From a virus (taxonomy: Duplodnaviria; Caudoviricetes): a stretch of 64,000 nucleotides of DNA. Below are positions 9,594 through 18,196 of this stretch, piece after piece. The notes below the pieces were generated by a model. That model was not told the origin of the DNA. It was given only the letters and a program-made list of their open reading frames with translations, and did not search any database. Position 1 is the first letter of the stretch; the number at the start of each line of letters is the position of its first letter. The position numbers were made by a program, and so were the translations under genes. The DNA is taken from positions 128,001 to 192,000 of the IMG/VR virus record IMGVR_UViG_3300046786_000304; one strand, 5' to 3'.

Positions 9594-10041
9594 TCTTTTT
9601 GTCCATCCAATTATAAAAATTCTTAAACTTTTCCTTTAGCCGTTTTGAACTTAACATCAACCTAGTCTTAGGATGTAAAGGGCTAGGTAAGTGATCTATA
9701 TCAGTCCATGCATAACCAATGTTCTCGTCATTCAACTCGGGTATAAACTCTTTATTAACTAATACAATATAAGTGTCGTAGACAAAATCTTTGCTACGAC
9801 TATGATAGCTATGCAACGGTATTATTTTTTTAATTTTTGTTAGCTGTAATTCTTCTTCTAACTCTCTTTTTAATGCGTCAATGGGTTGTTCATTTTGTTC
9901 GACTCTGCCACCGGCAAATGTCCAAGTGTTAGGATGACTTTCACTAGGGCTTCTTAATACAGACATAACTTTATTAGTCTGTTCGCTGAGAATAATAGCC
10001 CCTACACCCTTAAACTGTTTCACAAATACAATCTCCACCAT
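9550..10041 (-). CDS. NUDIX hydrolase
   Basis: Nudix box GGRVEQNEQPIDALKRELEEEL. Confidence 0.9.
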   Translation of the reverse strand: MVEIVFVKQFKGVGAIILSEQTNKVMSVLRSPSESHPNTWTFAGGRVEQNEQPIDALKRELEEELQLTKIKKIIPLHSYHSRSKDFVYDTYIVLVNKEFIPELNDENIGYAWTDIDHLPSPLHPKTRLMLSSKRLKEKFKNFYNWMDKKNGRNNTISQKGTTP

Positions 10042-11378
10042 CCATTTTGATAAGTTCCTTCGACAGCACTAATCCATTGACCATTGCGCCATTCGTAGGT
10101 TAATCCTGTTGTAGTATTTAACACCACGGCATTAGAATTACTAGTACTATCAAATGATACCGTCCATGCACTGCCGTTGTATTGTACAATGTCATTAGCT
10201 TTGGCATTTACTACACCCCAGTATGAATTTTCAGGAATGTCTTCTAATATTAGATATCTTTGCCCTGTAACTGCTGTAGGTAAATTTTTGCCTGGAGCAC
10301 TTCTACTAGGATTAATAATAGCATTAACAGCGGCCTCAGTTGACGCAGGCAAGCTTTCATTGTCAATAGTAATATAAGCTACATTAGTTCTTGTAGGATC
10401 ATCGTCTACACTATTAATCACAGCAACTATATCAGCACTGGGGTCACTTGGATCTACACCTCGGCGTAGTCTTAGATTACTAATACCAAGCTTTAATTCG
10501 CCAAAAGGTTTAAGTATACTAGCCCAACTTAGTAAATCTCCATTGGCATCAGTTGTGCCGCCTGATTGATTTAATATCTTTGCTTGGTCGCCTATAATCT
10601 GTAATTGTAATTTTAAATTCTCAAAAGTAACTACTACCCATTCTTTGTTAGGAACTGGATCGCTGGGATTCCAATCTAAGATATCGTTGTTTTGTTTTTT
10701 CCTAATCTCAGTAAGGATAGTATGAATAAGAGTTTGACGTTTAACCTTAGCAGGAGGATTAATTAATACAGGTAATGTAAAGTTTAATGCGGCAACATCG
10801 ATAATATCATCTGTGCCTTGAGGAACTTGTCTAACACTCCATACTACATTGACTAATTCAGTGTAAGTTAAATTACTCCAGTCAAATTGATTGTCGTTGG
10901 TTTTTAAGTTAATACTAGGATTGAACAATACCAATAACTGTTCCATTAGTTGTAGCTTTTGATCAGTGTTGCTGGTCCAAATGTCTACTTGAACAGTTAA
11001 ATCGTAGGGCACAGGCATATAGCGTTCAATAGTATAAGTGTTACCCACTTCACCATCTACATACTGTCCAGTGACATTGTCAAACTTCTTTTCATAAACA
11101 CGCTGAGTGTCTACATGAGTTGGGTTCAATCTACGCTCGGCATTGATTTGTAAATCAGTTACATAGCAACTTATAAACGGCACAGTATTGATAGCGTTTT
11201 CACTTTGATTCTTTAAGATGTGAGCAGCCATACGATTGATATCACCATAACGCACGGGTACCTGAATGTACGTTTCGTTGCCTTCTCGATCTTTGCCAGT
11301 TTTAACACTAAACCCGCCTAAAATACGCATAAATTGCAGTAAGTATTTTCTTATTTGTTCATCGTAAAAATATTGCAT
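10020..11378 (-). CDS. gp15: Tail completion / sheath stabiliser (T4 gp15-like) with C-terminal extension
   Basis: MQYFYDEQIRKYLLQF, QVPVRYGD, ERYMPVPYDL..QVDIWT..TDQKLQLMEQL..LFNP; adjacent to gp14-like gene. Confidence 0.75.
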   Translation of the reverse strand: MQYFYDEQIRKYLLQFMRILGGFSVKTGKDREGNETYIQVPVRYGDINRMAAHILKNQSENAINTVPFISCYVTDLQINAERRLNPTHVDTQRVYEKKFDNVTGQYVDGEVGNTYTIERYMPVPYDLTVQVDIWTSNTDQKLQLMEQLLVLFNPSINLKTNDNQFDWSNLTYTELVNVVWSVRQVPQGTDDIIDVAALNFTLPVLINPPAKVKRQTLIHTILTEIRKKQNNDILDWNPSDPVPNKEWVVVTFENLKLQLQIIGDQAKILNQSGGTTDANGDLLSWASILKPFGELKLGISNLRLRRGVDPSDPSADIVAVINSVDDDPTRTNVAYITIDNESLPASTEAAVNAIINPSRSAPGKNLPTAVTGQRYLILEDIPENSYWGVVNAKANDIVQYNGSAWTVSFDSTSNSNAVVLNTTTGLTYEWRNGQWISAVEGTYQNGWWRLYL

Positions 11379-11380
11379 GG

Positions 11381-12433
11381 TTAATCTGCCTTGGGTTTAA
11401 CTACTTGACTTAATGCTTGACGTTCTGGCATTTCCTTGCCGCCAACAACAGTTGTATTGTTATTATTAATAAATCCAGCACCGTTGAGAACTTTATCTCG
11501 CAGATCTACTGGACCGTTAGGAGTATTAATTCGTTGCCAACGAGTTCCGCGATAAGCAAATAGCGCAGGAGGATTATAATCAGTGCGTAAGAAGAAATCT
11601 CCTTGATGTGGATTCAACGGGAAACTTAAACCTTCATTCAATGACTCGCCATGATCGTATGTTGGATTAGCATCACGTTGATAATTTTTACTAGTATCCT
11701 GTAAGCCATTGGTATTAGTAGTATCGTCTAAAATAGTAGGAGCAAGCTGTTCTCCACGAGCAATAATAGCATTGGAAATTTCTAATTCTTTTTGATATGT
11801 GCTCAATGCATCTTTTAATGTATCATTACCATAGTCGTCGGCTTTGTTTTGTAAAATGTCTCTATACTCTTGAGCATCAGTCATTGGGCTAGCTTTGATA
11901 CGCCAAATGTGCGGATACCAAGTTTGACTAAAACCTTCTGCGGCACGACTAGCATCTTGAATAACATAGAATTTATTTACAGCTGGTTTACTTTGATCTA
12001 ATAATAAGTCATCTCTAATATGTGGAAGTTCGATGACGTCGCCTGCCATTAGTTTTCTGCCCATACGTTCGACCATATCATTTGTATGGAAGCTGATAAA
12101 GATAGTATCAGCACTTAAAAACAAACCAAACTGTGTCAAGTCAAAGTCTTGATCGCCTACGTTATAAACTCCTCGAAGTTCGTAGACATCAGGATCATAA
12201 ATTCTATCACGATTTTCTAAGAACAATAAGTCTTGTATCTTAGTTTCGTTGAGTATGTCGTCGGCCTTATAGTTAGGCTTAGTTGGATCAGTACTGGCGC
12301 CCTGATCTGCTGGTTGTAAATATTTGTGTACTAAAACGCCAGTCCCGCCTACCATGAATTGTTCGCGGATAAGTCTATCCATGAAATGGTAGTCGTTAGT
12401 TTTTTCGTTTTTCCACAGGCTTAGTCTTGGCAT
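11381..12433 (-). CDS. gp14: Neck / head-closure protein (T4 gp14-like)
   Basis: QDLLFLENRDR.YD..VYELRG.Y..DLTQFGLFL..D..F..FH.NDMVER.GRKLMAGDVIELPH. Confidence 0.7.
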   Translation of the reverse strand: MPRLSLWKNEKTNDYHFMDRLIREQFMVGGTGVLVHKYLQPADQGASTDPTKPNYKADDILNETKIQDLLFLENRDRIYDPDVYELRGVYNVGDQDFDLTQFGLFLSADTIFISFHTNDMVERMGRKLMAGDVIELPHIRDDLLLDQSKPAVNKFYVIQDASRAAEGFSQTWYPHIWRIKASPMTDAQEYRDILQNKADDYGNDTLKDALSTYQKELEISNAIIARGEQLAPTILDDTTNTNGLQDTSKNYQRDANPTYDHGESLNEGLSFPLNPHQGDFFLRTDYNPPALFAYRGTRWQRINTPNGPVDLRDKVLNGAGFINNNNTTVVGGKEMPERQALSQVVKPKAD

Positions 12434-12440
12434 AATGTAT

Positions 12441-12446
12441 TATTTA
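12441..12446 (-). promoter_or_regulatory. Late promoter core TAAATA, 7 nt before the gp14-like ATG
   Basis: Reverse complement reads ggTAAATAatacattATG. Confidence 0.65.
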
Positions 12447-12491
12447 CCTATAACTTTTAAATGGCAATTACTCCAAAATTAAAGGAAATCT

Positions 12492-12520
12492 TTGATTTTT
12501 TGCCTCTTTCATCGTATAAT
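12492..12520 (+). promoter_or_regulatory. Sigma70-type promoter of the porin gene
   Basis: TTGATT-17-TATAAT. Confidence 0.6.
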
Positions 12521-12586
12521 CAGGATATACCTTATATATAAAGGTAGCTTATTATTTTAATCAGCTAAAAGAAAAGGAAATTTATT

Positions 12587-13492
12587 ATGAAAAATACAAT
12601 CTTAGCAACTATGTTAGCATTGGCAACAACTGCGGCATCTGCTCAAGTTACTGTCTATGGTAGACTAAGTGAATTCGTCGACAGTACAAAGACAGGTACT
12701 ACTACAGTTAAGTCTTTGGTAAATGACTCTAGTCGTATTGGCTTCAGAGTAGAAGAAAAACTAGGCCAAAGTCTAACAGCCCGTGCAGTAGTTGAAACTT
12801 CAATTGCTGCCGATGATCCAAAAACAGGTAGCGCAACTCAACTAGGTGATCGTCAAAGTACTGTTGGTCTTGCTGGTAAGTTAGGTAGCGTTGATTTGGG
12901 TCGTAAAGAACATAGTGAATATATCACTGTGAAAGCAGCCGATCCATTTGGCGGCGGCAATTATGCAACTATTGCTTCAGATGTGTTCAATGATCGTTCT
13001 AAACGTATCGGCGACGGTGCTTACTTGGGAACAACAGTAGGTCCAGTTAATGTTACATATGATCGTAGTTTTTATACGAACCCAGCTACAGCAGAAGCAA
13101 CAGCTTGGAGCCTAGGTGGTAAAATTGGCCCTGTAACAACAGCAGTAGCACGTTTTGCCAGTGGTGCCGATCATACTAATGTAGTCACAGTTAGCGCACA
13201 AGTAGCTGGCCTAAATTTGTCTACGATTCAAAGCACTGACAAAACTGGCGCAGTTGAAACTAAAGGTCAGTTATATGGCGTAACAGCACCAATCAATGCC
13301 GCAGTCAGCGTTAAAGGCAGTTATGGTATTAAAACCGGCTTGGCTGCAGGTGATGTTAAAGCATATAACGTAGGTGTTGCTTATGCTTTCAGCAAGCGCA
13401 CTAGTGCATCTGTTGCTTATCGTAGCGTTGACGCTGGCGGCACAGCAAATGATGTTAAACAAGTTGGTCTCGGTTTATCACACAATTTCTAA
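12587..13492 (+). CDS. Gram-negative trimeric porin (betaproteobacterial-type)
   Basis: Signal peptide MKNTILATMLALATTAASA|QVTVYG; SRIGFRVEEKLG, RQSTVGLAG..GSV.LGR; YAFSKRT; terminal GLGLSHNF. Confidence 0.9.
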   Translation: MKNTILATMLALATTAASAQVTVYGRLSEFVDSTKTGTTTVKSLVNDSSRIGFRVEEKLGQSLTARAVVETSIAADDPKTGSATQLGDRQSTVGLAGKLGSVDLGRKEHSEYITVKAADPFGGGNYATIASDVFNDRSKRIGDGAYLGTTVGPVNVTYDRSFYTNPATAEATAWSLGGKIGPVTTAVARFASGADHTNVVTVSAQVAGLNLSTIQSTDKTGAVETKGQLYGVTAPINAAVSVKGSYGIKTGLAAGDVKAYNVGVAYAFSKRTSASVAYRSVDAGGTANDVKQVGLGLSHNF

Positions 13493-13511
13493 TCAATATA
13501 TTGATTAGCAC

Positions 13512-13534
13512 AAACCCGCTTCGGCGGGTTTCTT
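13512..13534 (+). terminator. Rho-independent terminator
   Basis: aaacccgc-TTCG-gcgggtttctt. Confidence 0.9.
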
Positions 13535-13583
13535 GTTGACTAAATGATAAATAATTACAATACACTTTAAAGGATTTTTTATT

Positions 13584-14234
13584 ATGGCTATTACAGATAA
13601 CTATAAACGCATTCTCCCAGTTACTTCAATGGGAACTCCAGAATTAGCATACTTCGTAGTTGATATGGAAGAAGATATCGAAAGTAATTATGATTCCAGT
13701 GACAGTTTATATTCACAAGCAGTTCAAGCACTTCAACTAAAAACAGACTTATATATGGTAAGCGTACCAAATGGTAACATCTTTACATTTGCCGCAAGAG
13801 CATCAAGTGTACCTGGGGCGGTCGCTGGTGCAACATCCGGTGTCATTGAGAGTTTAGGACAAGATATCACTGACTTTGTTAGTGAAGAAACAGTAACAAA
13901 TATTTCTTTATTAAATGGCGGTAGCGCAAACGACGTAGGCGATGAATTTGAATTCCGTCACGCAAATTTTGCTACACCATTAAGAGTTCGTGTTACAGCA
14001 TCTAATTCAGGCGTAGCTACTGGTGTATCGATTATCAACGGCGGTATATGGAAAGATAGCGCAAACTTACCTGCTAATACTACAGCGGCAGGCTTTACCA
14101 GAGTTCAAGTAGCCGCAGGCCAAGATTGGAATGGCGCCAACTTACAAGTTAATATTAACGCTTGGGGTCTAAATAATGTTACTGTTTACAATGCCAGCAT
14201 TGTAGGCGGCAGTTTAGTTTGGAATGACGAATAA
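13584..14234 (+). CDS. Probable virion protein
   Basis: TAAATA upstream, AGGA SD, own terminator; beta-rich, Gly/Asn-rich. Confidence 0.55.
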   Translation: MAITDNYKRILPVTSMGTPELAYFVVDMEEDIESNYDSSDSLYSQAVQALQLKTDLYMVSVPNGNIFTFAARASSVPGAVAGATSGVIESLGQDITDFVSEETVTNISLLNGGSANDVGDEFEFRHANFATPLRVRVTASNSGVATGVSIINGGIWKDSANLPANTTAAGFTRVQVAAGQDWNGANLQVNINAWGLNNVTVYNASIVGGSLVWNDE

Positions 14235-14256
14235 AACCCTAAAACCAAAGTATTAC

Positions 14257-14279
14257 AAACCCGCTTCGGCGGGTTTTTT
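14257..14279 (+). terminator. Rho-independent terminator (same sequence as the 13512 one)
   Basis: aaacccgc-TTCG-gcgggtttttt. Confidence 0.9.
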
Positions 14280-14280
14280 A

Positions 14281-14309
14281 TTGACACAAATTAGCAAAAG
14301 TAGTACAAT
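14281..14309 (+). promoter_or_regulatory. Early sigma70 promoter
   Basis: TTGACA-caaattagcaaaagtag(17)-TACAAT. Confidence 0.8.
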
Positions 14310-14337
14310 ATACTATACATAGCAATTTGGAGCAGTT

Positions 14338-14778
14338 ATGATGGAATACGATGTGACAGCAGACAGTCCAAAAATTAAAAAGTTTTTAGCTAGTTTGATG
14401 CCTTCATATATCAAACAGTTGGGACTTACTAACAGTAAACGAGCAGTCCTAGTTAAAGTTACTCGAGACTTAGAAGAAGATTTCCAAGGTGCTACGATGA
14501 ATATCGAAGCCGCAGACTGTATGATGGTCTTGCTCAAACCACCAAAGCGTCTCACCCCAAATAGTTTGTTAGACTTGGCTAGTACTTTAGCACACGAAAT
14601 GGTACACGTCAAACAATTGGCAAAAGGGCAAATGAAGTTCTTGCCAAATGAAGCCAGAATTTGGAAAGGTAAACGCTATACCAAAAAAACTAAGTATTTG
14701 GATATGCCTTGGGAGATTGATGCTTTCTCCAAACAAGAACTGCTCTTGCGTAGAGCAATTGAAATTGACGTAAAATAG
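14338..14778 (+). CDS. Putative zinc metallopeptidase (HEXXH)
   Basis: TLAHEMVHVKQ...PWEIDAF. Confidence 0.7.
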   Translation: MMEYDVTADSPKIKKFLASLMPSYIKQLGLTNSKRAVLVKVTRDLEEDFQGATMNIEAADCMMVLLKPPKRLTPNSLLDLASTLAHEMVHVKQLAKGQMKFLPNEARIWKGKRYTKKTKYLDMPWEIDAFSKQELLLRRAIEIDVK

Positions 14779-14793
14779 AAGTTAGTGTATAAT
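14765..14793 (+). promoter_or_regulatory. Early sigma70 promoter
   Basis: TTGACG-17-TATAAT. Confidence 0.8.
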
Positions 14794-14816
14794 TATATTT
14801 TTACCTAGGAATAAGC

Positions 14817-16013
14817 ATGGCTACAAAAAAACCCGTTAAACAAGTAAGTTCAGATAAATTGGCATGGCGTTTTGAGCCTCCGGCCAAAACAGTTGCCTAC
14901 CGAGAAGTAGATTCTAAGTATGTAGGTGAAGAACCCACTTACCCTAGCATTGAAGAACAAGCGCAATGGACTAACAGCGAATACCGCAGTCAGGTCATGC
15001 GTACACTTAATTGGTATGCTCACACACAAGACAAAAAGAAAAGCGCAGAATGGCTTGCTCAATTCCTTGCTCGTAATCCACGCCGCCAAAAACTAGCAGA
15101 ATCCGTTAAGCGCGGCGACATTTGGCCAGGCGCCACTGTAGGCTTTGCCCTTAGAGCAGGTCGTGTCGGACTAGCCCTGCGTTTTGGCACACTTCGTACT
15201 CTTGTTAAACAGTTGAAAGAAGCTGACGTTGGTATTGATACCAGTAATCAAGTCGTAGAAGAAGTTAAAGACGACAAGCCCAAGTTCAACATCCAAGAAC
15301 GTATGGCAGAAAAGACTTCTGAGTTCTTAGGCGAACTAGAAGGTCGCTTTGACGAGTTCATGGCAGAGTTCAAAGGCGAGCCTAAACTAGTTGAACTTAT
15401 GACACAGATGAATGTGCCAGCGGTACAGGTTAAAACTGTACAGGAATTCATTAACAAAAAGATTGCAGAGTTCGAAGAAGTTAACTCGAGTAAAGATCCC
15501 CAGGTATTAGAAGCATACAAGCATTTGGGTAAGCGTCAAATTACAGCGATGATCAAATGGTGGACGCAGGCTTTGACAGATGCTAACAGTTACAATGTTG
15601 TTAAGAAAGCCAGCAAGGCTCCACGTAAGAAGAAAGCAGTGAGCCCAGAAAAAGTTGTGTCTAAGTTAAAGTACGCAAAAGAGTTTAAAGAGCTAAGTTT
15701 GAAAAGTGTGGATCCGACTACAATTCTTACGGCACAAGAGCTTTGGGTGTTCAATACAAAGACACGCAAGTTGGGTATCTATATTGCGGACCAATACGCA
15801 GGTACCCTTTCAGTTAAGAACAGTTCTATCCTAGGATTTGATGCCAACGCAAGTGTACAAAAGACGTTGCGTAAGCCTAAAGAACAGCTTAAAGAGTTTA
15901 GTGCTAACGGCAAGCCAGCCGCTAAGAAATGGTTTAAAGGCATCAAAGCTACAGAGATCAAACTTAATGGCAGAGTTGGTACAGACATTATCTTACTAAA
16001 AGTCTACAAGTAA
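14817..16013 (+). CDS. Hypothetical protein of large T4-like phages
   Basis: Lys-rich; C-terminal SVDPTTIL.AQELWVFNTKTRKLGIY...QKTLRKP; function not recognised. Confidence 0.7.
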   Translation: MATKKPVKQVSSDKLAWRFEPPAKTVAYREVDSKYVGEEPTYPSIEEQAQWTNSEYRSQVMRTLNWYAHTQDKKKSAEWLAQFLARNPRRQKLAESVKRGDIWPGATVGFALRAGRVGLALRFGTLRTLVKQLKEADVGIDTSNQVVEEVKDDKPKFNIQERMAEKTSEFLGELEGRFDEFMAEFKGEPKLVELMTQMNVPAVQVKTVQEFINKKIAEFEEVNSSKDPQVLEAYKHLGKRQITAMIKWWTQALTDANSYNVVKKASKAPRKKKAVSPEKVVSKLKYAKEFKELSLKSVDPTTILTAQELWVFNTKTRKLGIYIADQYAGTLSVKNSSILGFDANASVQKTLRKPKEQLKEFSANGKPAAKKWFKGIKATEIKLNGRVGTDIILLKVYK

Positions 16014-16021
16014 GCTAAACT

Positions 16022-16058
16022 AAATCTCCCGATAAATACAATATCGGGAGATTTTTTT
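16022..16058 (+). promoter_or_regulatory. Terminator-like hairpin with late promoter in the loop and SD in the 3' arm
   Basis: aaatctcccgata-aatacaa-tatcgggagattt-tttt-ATG; TAAATA 16033-16038; GGGAG 16046-16050. Confidence 0.75.
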
Positions 16059-16805
16059 ATGAGTATCAAAGACGAAGTTACTAAAGATATAGAGCTCAGA
16101 CTTGGCGGCGGCATGGTCGATGTTGAATTGGATTCGGCACACTATGACTTGGCTATTAATCAGTCATTACGCAAATATAGACAGCGTAGTAGTCGAGCAG
16201 TAGCAGAAAAGTTTATCCCTATAGACATTAAAGCAGAACAGCAAGAATATCAACTACCTTTAAATGTTCAATTAGTGCGCGAAGTTATGCTAAGACAAAC
16301 TGGTACAACATTAGCCAGTGGTACAGGTGTTGACTTTGAACCATTCAATGCTATGTATTTGAATAACATGATGTTACAGAATTCTTCAAACTTTGCAGGA
16401 TTATTAAACTACGAATTGTATGCCGATCGTCGTGAACTAATGGCTCGTATGTTTGGCGGCTATGTAACATTTACATTCAGTCAAAACGATAAAAAGATTT
16501 TACTACATCGTAAGTTTAGAGCAGATGATACAGTATTTGCTTGGTGCTGGGTTGAACGTGACGATGAAGACTTATTGATAGATCCATATGCGGGTCCTTG
16601 GTTAAAGGACTATGCCTTTGCCAAAGCTAAGTTTATGTTAGGTGAAGCCCGTGCTAAATTTGCTACAATCGCAGGCCCGCAAGGCGGAACAAGTTTAAAT
16701 GGTGACGCACTAAAAAGCGAAGCAGCCGCAGACTTGGAAAAGTTAGAAGAAGACTTAAAGAATTACGTAGACGGTGGCGGCTACGGAGGATTCATCATTG
16801 GATGA
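16059..16805 (+). CDS. gp13: Neck protein (T4 gp13-like)
   Basis: LRLGGGMVDVELD..HYD.AI, WLKDYAFAKAK.MLGEAR.KF..IAGPQGG..LNG. Confidence 0.8.
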   Translation: MSIKDEVTKDIELRLGGGMVDVELDSAHYDLAINQSLRKYRQRSSRAVAEKFIPIDIKAEQQEYQLPLNVQLVREVMLRQTGTTLASGTGVDFEPFNAMYLNNMMLQNSSNFAGLLNYELYADRRELMARMFGGYVTFTFSQNDKKILLHRKFRADDTVFAWCWVERDDEDLLIDPYAGPWLKDYAFAKAKFMLGEARAKFATIAGPQGGTSLNGDALKSEAAADLEKLEEDLKNYVDGGGYGGFIIG

Positions 16806-16989
16806 TTTATCAAAACTCAGAGTACTAGCAGGTGTTGATAAAACAGCACCTAGTCCAGTAACTGGAGAAATCGGTACAAATAAAGGACGTTATCAGCGTG
16901 AACACAACATACGTCCAGGCACAGACGAATGGTTTAAACTGTGGTTCTCCAGACCCAGCTTAACTGGCGAAAAACCTTTTGACAAATAG
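16798..16989 (+). CDS. Small protein (probable TTG start)
   Basis: GGAGGA SD 7 nt before TTG; DDLSKLRVLAGV...NIRPGTDEWFKLWFSRP. Confidence 0.65.
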   Translation: MDDLSKLRVLAGVDKTAPSPVTGEIGTNKGRYQREHNIRPGTDEWFKLWFSRPSLTGEKPFDK

Positions 16990-17007
16990 AAAGTGTTGCT
17001 ATATACT
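16979..17007 (+). promoter_or_regulatory. Sigma70 promoter 6 nt before an ATG
   Basis: TTGACA-17-TATACT-agcaat-ATG(17014). Confidence 0.75.
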
Positions 17008-17013
17008 AGCAAT

Positions 17014-17502
17014 ATGAACATTTACCTTGACATGGATGACGTAGTTGCTGACTGGATGAAAGCGGCACGTGATTATCTTAAAAAACCAACATGGGATTGG
17101 TCACAAATTCTCCCAGACACAGAATGGCGACGTCTTAAAGACAATCAAAGAATGTATCGTCATCTTCCACTTAAACCAGGAGCTCATGAACTAGTTGACT
17201 GGGTTACAAAATACTGTAGACGAACAGATTCTGGCTTATACTTTTTAAGTGCGTTACCGCATAACAATGATGTGCCGTGGGCAGTACAAGACAAAGTATG
17301 GTGGGCTCATGATCACTTTCCGCATATTCCTGTTTTTCTTGGACCATATAGTCATGATAAATGGGTGCGTTGTGAACCCGGCGATATTTTAATTGATGAT
17401 CGTAGAAGTAACTGTGAAGAGTGGGAACGTGCCGGCGGCAGAGCACATATCTATAAAAACTGGGAAGACTGTAAAGTGTGGCTAGAGGAGACATTAAAAT
17501 GA
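17014..17502 (+). CDS. 5'(3')-deoxyribonucleotidase, HAD family
   Basis: IYLDMDDVVAD, LSA, DK..W, GDILIDDR; start revised from track value 16993. Confidence 0.8.
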   Translation: MNIYLDMDDVVADWMKAARDYLKKPTWDWSQILPDTEWRRLKDNQRMYRHLPLKPGAHELVDWVTKYCRRTDSGLYFLSALPHNNDVPWAVQDKVWWAHDHFPHIPVFLGPYSHDKWVRCEPGDILIDDRRSNCEEWERAGGRAHIYKNWEDCKVWLEETLK

Positions 17503-18131
17503 TCATTGGCGTATGTGGATTTATTGGCAGTGGCAAAGATACTATTGCCGACTATCTAGTTAACGTTCATGGCTTTCGTCGTGAAAGTTTTGCTAATACA
17601 TTAAAAGATGCAGTAGCCGCAGTATTCGGCTGGGACAGAGTATTGCTTGAAGGTCGTACTAAAGAAGCACGTGAATGGCGTGAGCAAGTAGATCCATGGT
17701 GGGCAGAAAGATTAAACATGCCGAATCTTACTCCTCGTTGGGTATTACAGTACTGGGGTACAGAAGTTTGCCGTCGCGGCTTTCATGACGACATTTGGAT
17801 TGCTAGTGTAGAAAACAAATTACGTAGAAGTAAAGATAACATTGTTATTAGTGATTGTAGATTCCCTAACGAAATTGCTAGTATTAAAAATGCTGGCGGT
17901 ATTATTGTTTGTGTTGAACGTGGGATTCAACCTCATTGGGTTGATATTGCAATTCAAGCAAACAAGGGCGTAGAATCTGCAAACATCTGGTTAATGAAAG
18001 AAAAGATTCATGCCAGCGAAACAGCATGGGTTGGTACTAAATTTGATTATGTACTAGATAATAATTCTACATTAGATTCATTGTTTAATCAAGTAGAAAA
18101 AGTGGTGCAACCTGAGCCAGTAAAAATATGA
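17499..18131 (+). CDS. Deoxynucleoside monophosphate kinase (T4 gp1-like)
   Basis: IIGVCGFIGSGKDT, SFA..LKDAV, TPRWVLQYWGTE, ISDCRFPNE, HASE; start revised from 17478. Confidence 0.9.
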   Translation: MIIGVCGFIGSGKDTIADYLVNVHGFRRESFANTLKDAVAAVFGWDRVLLEGRTKEAREWREQVDPWWAERLNMPNLTPRWVLQYWGTEVCRRGFHDDIWIASVENKLRRSKDNIVISDCRFPNEIASIKNAGGIIVCVERGIQPHWVDIAIQANKGVESANIWLMKEKIHASETAWVGTKFDYVLDNNSTLDSLFNQVEKVVQPEPVKI

Positions 18132-18164
18132 ATTCCGCTAAATAGCCTTGTTTCTCCGAAAACG

Positions 18165-18172
18165 TATAAATA
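18165..18172 (+). promoter_or_regulatory. T4-type late promoter TATAAATA
   Basis: Exact consensus before the sheath gene. Confidence 0.8.
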
Positions 18173-18196
18173 CACATAACCGTTTAAGGAGAAAAC

